DNA of 64,000 nucleotides from a virus: IMG/VR virus record IMGVR_UViG_3300027763_000039, positions 44,317 to 108,316 of that record; one strand, 5' to 3'. Shown piece by piece: positions 58,514 to 64,000 of this stretch (position 1 is its first letter; each line of letters starts with the position of its first letter). The notes under the pieces were generated by a model. It saw only the letters and a program-made list of their open reading frames with translations, ran no database searches and was not told where the DNA came from. The position numbers and the translations under genes were made by a program.

Positions 58514-58720
58514 TCAACTAGCAAGCGATATTTCTGGTACTATATTAATATTTTGACATTGCATAAGATATTCATCATAATTAGTTCCTTGCCAATAGAT
58601 TGTCCACCCATTACCAACAGTGGTTACTTGGTCAACTCCTGTAATGCCATCTCCATAGTTTGTTCCATTAGTGATAATCCAATAAGTGGGATTAGCTGGT
58701 TTGACAATCTCTTCGCCCAT
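58514..58720 (-). CDS. Small hypothetical protein, 68 aa (start revised to MGEEIVKP)
   Basis: AAGGAAA RBS before ATG 58720; GGTGTAT motif upstream. Confidence 0.6.
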   Translation of the reverse strand: MGEEIVKPANPTYWIITNGTNYGDGITGVDQVTTVGNGWTIYWQGTNYDEYLMQCQNINIVPEISLAS

Positions 58721-58744
58721 AAATTTTCCTTTATTATAAGAGTC

Positions 58745-58751
58745 ATACACC
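58745..58751 (-). promoter_or_regulatory. Putative phage promoter GGTGTAT (divergent partner)
   Basis: 24 nt upstream of ATG 58720. Confidence 0.55.
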
Positions 58752-58771
58752 ACATAGCGATTAATAGATCA

Positions 58772-58783
58772 GGTGTATTATAT
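58772..58783 (+). promoter_or_regulatory. Putative phage promoter GGTGTATTATAT
   Basis: 21 nt upstream of the glycosyltransferase start; the motif recurs in other intergenic gaps in the sense orientation. Confidence 0.6.
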
Positions 58784-58804
58784 GGCATAGGCAGAGGATA
58801 CCAA

Positions 58805-59518
58805 ATGATGATTTCGTATTGTTCTCAGATTAAGAATAGGTTTTATCAATTTCAACAAACTTTCTATCATAATATAAATCATATCAAGAATAATCCGGAT
58901 ACTGAATGGATTATTGTGGATTGTGATTCAAAAGATGGTATATACGAGCATATGCTGAAATTTGGAATACCTGATAGAGTTCATTATCATAGAACATTAA
59001 ATTATCATAAATATTCGATTCCAGTAGCTAAGAATTTAGCAGTGAGGTTGAGTTCTGGGGATTATGTGTTTAATTTAGATATTGACAACTATATTGGAAA
59101 TGCCACTAGTCAAATCAAAAGTCTTGGAACAAAAACTGGCGTATGTTGTGATATTTTCAAACGAGGAGTTTATGGGAGAATAGGGTGTTCTAGAAGAGTT
59201 TTTAATATGGTGGGCGGTTATGATGAATCTTTTTTACCAGCTGGTAAACACGATATTGATTTTATGGCTAGATGTAAATTGATTAATTATTACTTTAAAC
59301 ATATTCCTTGTATGATCAATCCAATTTTAAACTCTAAGGCAGAAACCATTCTTAATACTGGTACCGATATGGATTGGGAAACTATGAATAATCTGAATGG
59401 TAAAAAAATGGAATACAACCTGGAAAACAAAAATCACTGTCCAAATACAAAATTCACAAGCTGTACTTTTGAATATAATTTTACTAAGAAAATTACACTA
59501 TCTGAGGAGATAATATAA
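58805..59518 (+). CDS. GT-A fold glycosyltransferase (GT2/GT7C-like), ~237 aa (start revised)
   Basis: EWIIVDCDSKDG, AKNLAVRLSSGDYVFNLDIDN (DxD) and GGYDESF...DIDFMAR motifs; GAGGA RBS before ATG 58805. The longer track start overlaps an opposite-strand gene. Confidence 0.85.
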   Translation: MMISYCSQIKNRFYQFQQTFYHNINHIKNNPDTEWIIVDCDSKDGIYEHMLKFGIPDRVHYHRTLNYHKYSIPVAKNLAVRLSSGDYVFNLDIDNYIGNATSQIKSLGTKTGVCCDIFKRGVYGRIGCSRRVFNMVGGYDESFLPAGKHDIDFMARCKLINYYFKHIPCMINPILNSKAETILNTGTDMDWETMNNLNGKKMEYNLENKNHCPNTKFTSCTFEYNFTKKITLSEEII

Positions 59519-60630
59519 TGCTATTAACATTAAATAAGAATAGAATGGACCAATTAACGCCTGATCAAATAGCATTTTATCAAGGACAATGTGGAGATAT
59601 TCTTAATGCTCCACTACCAAGTGTCACACAAAACTCTGCTGAACTAAAACAAAAAACAGGAGCTAATAATTTTACAAGTTTAGCTCCATACTATCATCCA
59701 GACCCAAACTCTCCAACAGGATTTCCTTATATACGAATTGATGGAACTAGAAATCTGGAGTCTAGAAAAAGTTCTGATAGTCCATATTTAAATTCTATGC
59801 TATCTTTAGTGGCTTCAGCATCTACTTTATATTACTATACTAAGTCAGAAGACTATGCTATTAAAGCTATGGAAGTTCTTTACACTTTCTTTCTTAATGA
59901 AAATACTAAAATGAATCCTAGTATGACATATAGTGGAATAGTTATCGGAGATAGTATGGATGATCTGCGTATTAGAGGAGCAGTTATTGATAGCAATATG
60001 CTGTCTATATTACCAGACTTTATTGAACTAATCAAACCTAGTTCACATTGGACAACTGAACTAGAAAGTGGAATGGTTTCATGGTTTGATTCACTAAGTG
60101 ATTGGTTCAAAACTAATCCTAGAGGATTATTGCAAGCTAGCTATAGCCACAATATTAAAACATCTTATATGAAACAATTATGTTCTTATCTTTGTGCTTG
60201 TGGAAAAGAAGTTGAAGCACGAACTTATCTGGAGAATAATTTAACCTCTTTACTAAGTGCTCAAATAGATATGGATGGTAAACAGATCTTAGAGATGAAT
60301 AGAGTAAAAAATAGACACTATAGTAATTTTAATCTAACTCTGTTGGTAAATCTAGCAACTATAGCTAACTCATTCGGTATTAATGTTTGGAACTATGAGG
60401 ATAGTGAAGGTAAGGGAAGTATCAAAAAAGCTATGAAGTATTTGGCTTATTACTATACTCATCCAGCCGAATGGACAACTTCTGATGAAAATAATAATTC
60501 TGCTATGACAAGATCGTGGCTACAAGCTGGTATTGAATTATATGACGATCAAATCTTACAAGATGTTTTTAGAGAAGTTAAGATTTATAATTTTACTAGT
60601 GTTCCAGATTATATTACTTTACCCAATTAG
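59518..60630 (+). CDS. Alginate lyase family (PL5-like) protein, 370 aa
   Basis: SLAPYYHPDPNSPTGFPYIRIDG, FFLNENTKMNPSMTY and QIDMDGKQILEMNRVKNRHYSNFNL resemble conserved Alginate_lyase family blocks; TAATG coupling to the glycosyltransferase gene. Confidence 0.8.
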   Translation: MLLTLNKNRMDQLTPDQIAFYQGQCGDILNAPLPSVTQNSAELKQKTGANNFTSLAPYYHPDPNSPTGFPYIRIDGTRNLESRKSSDSPYLNSMLSLVASASTLYYYTKSEDYAIKAMEVLYTFFLNENTKMNPSMTYSGIVIGDSMDDLRIRGAVIDSNMLSILPDFIELIKPSSHWTTELESGMVSWFDSLSDWFKTNPRGLLQASYSHNIKTSYMKQLCSYLCACGKEVEARTYLENNLTSLLSAQIDMDGKQILEMNRVKNRHYSNFNLTLLVNLATIANSFGINVWNYEDSEGKGSIKKAMKYLAYYYTHPAEWTTSDENNNSAMTRSWLQAGIELYDDQILQDVFREVKIYNFTSVPDYITLPN

Positions 60631-62744
60631 GTGAAGTATAGCACGATACCGCCTGGAGATCCGTTTGTTGCAGAGTTTGCGGTTGAAGCTCCCTTAAATC
60701 CAGCAGTAAGACTACTTCCAGAAAGTGTAATAGCAGCAAGTCTTCCTTGGAAGTCTAAAACGCCAGCAGCGTTGAATGTTCTGTTAAAATCTCCGCCGGA
60801 CCCGCTGCCCGCTAGATTTGGAGAACTAACACCTTGTGTTCCTCCAGTAGCCGTAATTGTAACTCCTCCATATGTTAATGTTGTTGATGTTCCATTTGTT
60901 GGATTTGATGTGCTTAAATCTGCCGACAGTCCCGCTGCCCCTACAACATAAGATACAGTGGCACCGCCAGTAACAGTATAAGTTTTTACAGATTCTCCAG
61001 CATTATATCCATCTGAATTGCCTTGACAACCACTACTATCGTATGCTCCGCCGCCACCGCCACCAATAACCCAAGCTTTCATACTTGTGGCTCCTGTTGG
61101 TACTGATCGACTAGTTCCAGAAGTTATCACATAAGCTACTGGAGTAAATGAGGCTGCTACTGGAGTTATGCTAGAGCTGTTAGATGAGTAAGAGCCAGTT
61201 CCTGCCGAATTAACAGCAGCAACTCTGAATATATAAGATGTACTATTAGTTAGTCCGGTTACTGTTATAGATGCTGTGGCAGAAGCTGAGTGACTAAACG
61301 TGGTCCAACTTGAACCAGAATTACTACTATATTGTATTGTGTAGTCGCTAATAGCAGCACCATTGTTATAGACTGGGGCAGTCCATGTTAATGCTACCTG
61401 TGCATTACCAGCAGTTCCAGCTACCGAAGTTGGCGCATCTGGAGCCGCAGTTGTTGTTCCACCATCTGTTATAGTCCAACCATAAGTTACTAATGCCGCC
61501 CTCGCCGTAGCAGCAGCACTGCTACTTCCATAATAAGTATTAGATCCAAAACTTGGCCTTAAATCAGTTCTATAATTAGCTTTGTTAGTATTTAAAGCTA
61601 TATAGAAAGCATTAAGATTTGTTGTTCCAAAACTGGAATTATTTGCTAAGAAATTATCAAAATTAGCTGTGGCATTAAGTCCTCTAATATTCCAAGAGCT
61701 AATATCTTGACTAAATGCAGTTGTTCCATTAAACATACTGCTCATATTTTGAACGCCGCTGACATTCCAAGATCCAATATTTTGATTAAAAGGACTTTGA
61801 AGAAACATGGCACTCATATTTGTTACAGAAGTTACGTTCCAATTACTAATATTGCCATTAAAGGTTTGTGCCTGATAAAACATATTTTGCATAGTAGTTG
61901 CTTTACTAACATTCCAAGAGTTTAAGTTTTGATTAAATTTTGTTGCAACATAAAACATTTGCGACATATTTGTTGCGCTACTAACATCCCATTGTCCTAT
62001 GTCTTGATTAAATCCATTAGTATATTGTTGATTAAACATATTACTAAAGTTTGTTACTTTACTAACGTCCCAAGATCCTAATGGTTGATTAAAAGCAGAT
62101 TGACCAAACATACTATTCATAGCAGTAACTTTTTTAGTATTCCAGCTATTTACTGGCTTGTTAAATGAAGTAGCTAAACTAAAAGTTAAACTCATGTTAG
62201 TTATATTACTAGTATCCCAAGAACAAACTGAACTATCATTAAAGCTAGAGCAGCTTGTGAACATACTAGCAAGAGAGTTGAAAGTTCTTGGAATTTGATT
62301 AGGAACATTGATTAAATTAGTACAACCACTAAAAGTACAGGCTGTTAATCCAGATAAATTACCAAAAGATAAACAGCTTACTAATTTACCTCTTCCTGTC
62401 ATGGATGCAAAAGTGATGGTATTCAATGTTCCACCAATTTGTACCGTGTATCGTCCTTTACTAGGATAAGTATGAGTTTTTGTTCCTGTAGTTTTAAAAA
62501 CTTCTCTTGTTCCATCTCCCCAATCGACAAATACATCAACAGTCGAACCTAAAGCAAAACTAAAAATATTATCAGATTCTAGTCTAGTATCAATAACAAA
62601 GACCAAATTATCATAATTAATGCCAACGCCCCTATTTTGAGATAAAGCATATGGGGCTGGAATAATATTTGATAATATTCCATTGCTTATTGTTGAGGTT
62701 GGGGTAGTTTGAATGCAACTTATATCAAAAAGACCATTGTTCAC
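60627..62744 (-). CDS. Adhesin-like protein: PKD-like + DUF285 repeats + FN3 + Gly-rich C-terminal domain, 705 aa
   Basis: VDWGDG...HTY; about seven FNQxIxxWxVSxxTNMxxMF repeats; APDAPTSVAGTAGNAQVALTW...YIFRVAAVN FN3 domain. Confidence 0.88.
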   Translation of the reverse strand: MNNGLFDISCIQTTPTSTISNGILSNIIPAPYALSQNRGVGINYDNLVFVIDTRLESDNIFSFALGSTVDVFVDWGDGTREVFKTTGTKTHTYPSKGRYTVQIGGTLNTITFASMTGRGKLVSCLSFGNLSGLTACTFSGCTNLINVPNQIPRTFNSLASMFTSCSSFNDSSVCSWDTSNITNMSLTFSLATSFNKPVNSWNTKKVTAMNSMFGQSAFNQPLGSWDVSKVTNFSNMFNQQYTNGFNQDIGQWDVSSATNMSQMFYVATKFNQNLNSWNVSKATTMQNMFYQAQTFNGNISNWNVTSVTNMSAMFLQSPFNQNIGSWNVSGVQNMSSMFNGTTAFSQDISSWNIRGLNATANFDNFLANNSSFGTTNLNAFYIALNTNKANYRTDLRPSFGSNTYYGSSSAAATARAALVTYGWTITDGGTTTAAPDAPTSVAGTAGNAQVALTWTAPVYNNGAAISDYTIQYSSNSGSSWTTFSHSASATASITVTGLTNSTSYIFRVAAVNSAGTGSYSSNSSSITPVAASFTPVAYVITSGTSRSVPTGATSMKAWVIGGGGGGAYDSSGCQGNSDGYNAGESVKTYTVTGGATVSYVVGAAGLSADLSTSNPTNGTSTTLTYGGVTITATGGTQGVSSPNLAGSGSGGDFNRTFNAAGVLDFQGRLAAITLSGSSLTAGFKGASTANSATNGSPGGIVLYFT

Positions 62745-63124
62745 AAATCAGCCCCCAGTGCTGTAACATGGGTAACCTGAGAGACGCTGGTTGTTACTCT
62801 TACTGACCAAGAAGCACTAGGCAAAATTAAGTTAGTGTATAATGTACTAACTCTAGATTGCTGAACTGTTGAGCTGCCTGTAGCAGCAGCAACGGTAACT
62901 TCATCAAATAGCCAATATGTTGATCCATCATAAAGAAATATTCTAACAATAGCAGCAGCAGAAGTTGCTGCATTTTTAACTATTATTTCTGAAATTCTTG
63001 TACCCGTTGAAGCTCCAGTTATTAAAGTTCCTACGTTTGTAGGAGCTGTATAACTAGAGTCAGCTGTAGCAATAGATACCGCCGCCACTCTTGGTGTAAC
63101 TGCAAAAACTGGACTAGCTGCCAT
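62741..63124 (-). CDS. Small beta-rich structural protein, 127 aa (start revised to MAASPVF)
   Basis: AGGAG RBS before ATG 63124, just after the upstream stop at 63135. Confidence 0.7.
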   Translation of the reverse strand: MAASPVFAVTPRVAAVSIATADSSYTAPTNVGTLITGASTGTRISEIIVKNAATSAAAIVRIFLYDGSTYWLFDEVTVAAATGSSTVQQSRVSTLYTNLILPSASWSVRVTTSVSQVTHVTALGADL

Positions 63125-63134
63125 GATTGAACTC

Positions 63135-64000
63135 CTATCTAAAAGTTGACCATAAATAAAGATTTGAACTATTAGTAATATTGGTAGATACGCTACTACC
63201 AGTGGAATTAATAGTATAAGTTCCAGAATTACCACTAACTGTGATATTAGTTCCTGCTACTATGTTAGCCACGTAATCTGTTCCGGCAACTGCTATGGTT
63301 GGAGCACCAGTACTTGTGGTATTTTTAAGTAAACCTGTGCTTAATCCGGCTAATGAAACTCCATTAATTTTTGTTACTGTTGCTGTTAAAGCTCCAGTGC
63401 TACCAGCAGCAGTAACATCTCCACCAATACTAATGGTTTGATCACCAGTATTAGTCCCACTACTACTTCCACTAAATGTTCCGCTCTGTGTGGCTAAAGT
63501 ACCTAAGCCTAAAGAAATTCTTTGTGCTGACGCATCTGCTGCTGTGAGTAATGCTCGTCCAGCAGTTGTGCTGTCGCTAATATTACTTGCTGTATGAGTA
63601 TGGCCTGATAAAGAATATCCACTAATTAAACCACTAACAGAAGAATTAAAGTCTGTAATATTAGTAGCAGTGTGGTTATGGGAGAGAGCAGCTTTATTGT
63701 CGAGTGCTGTTTGAGTAGCACTACTTATTGGTTTACTAGTATCGTTAGTATTATCAACATTACCTAAACCTACCATACTTTTAGTTATACCATTCACAGT
63801 TCCAGTAAAAGTAGGACTACTAAGCGGAGCATATATTCCATTAACTAGTCCACTAACTGAAGTATTAAAATCTGTAATTTGTGAAGAAGTGTGGTTGTGT
63901 GAACTTGCGGCATAGCTACCAGATGGTTGTAAACCAGTAACAGAAATTGTAAAATTGCCAGTTGATGATACAATATCTATATAAGAACTGGGGGTGATGT
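63135..64000 (-). CDS. Tail-fibre-like protein with HxH phage-tail repeats, 5'-truncated by window
   Basis: Frame stays open upstream of the track start (63797) to the window end (ITPSSYIDIVSSTG...SHNHTSSQITDFNTSVSGL...); VGLGNVDNTND..KPIS.ATQTAL repeat. Confidence 0.85.
   Translation of the reverse strand, partial: ITPSSYIDIVSSTGNFTISVTGLQPSGSYAASSHNHTSSQITDFNTSVSGLVNGIYAPLSSPTFTGTVNGITKSMVGLGNVDNTNDTSKPISSATQTALDNKAALSHNHTATNITDFNSSVSGLISGYSLSGHTHTASNISDSTTAGRALLTAADASAQRISLGLGTLATQSGTFSGSSSGTNTGDQTISIGGDVTAAGSTGALTATVTKINGVSLAGLSTGLLKNTTSTGAPTIAVAGTDYVANIVAGTNITVSGNSGTYTINSTGSSVSTNITNSSNLYLWSTFR

Noticed and set aside
58553-58804. N-terminal extension of the glycosyltransferase given in the ORF track
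   Set aside because: It overlaps an opposite-strand gene and the divergent promoter motifs; a good RBS supports ATG 58805.

Overview
AT-rich, gene-dense segment of a large (jumbo-like) tailed dsDNA phage genome in the standard genetic code. It covers the virion morphogenesis region, almost all on the minus strand. In transcription order (right to left): fibre/adhesin genes (HxH repeats, DUF285+FN3); an inverted plus-strand cassette (GT-A glycosyltransferase and alginate-lyase-like protein); a putative head-tail adaptor; ~17 kb of fibre genes including a 4021-aa fibre; neck and tail-completion genes; a putative tail tube (no sheath seen); tail assembly chaperones; an intrinsic terminator; a 5383-aa tape measure protein (TMP); a beta-roll fibre; Dit/hub-like proteins; and a >2300-aa Cys-rich ORF that runs off the left edge and is missing from the ORF track. 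The main candidate novel system is the TMP. It is built as a polyprotein in which a repeated linker (GG-h-h-Y-A-x-x-G, often followed by GTDTVPAMLTPGEFVVN) separates enzymatic cargo domains: PD-(D/E)xK nuclease-like, HAD phosphatase, HExxH zincin, GNAT and ADP-ribosyltransferase-like. This suggests the TMP doubles as an injected, modular effector cartridge. A recurring GGTGTAT motif in intergenic gaps looks like a phage promoter. All domain calls come from motif recognition by eye; no searches were run, and sub-gene coordinates are approximate.
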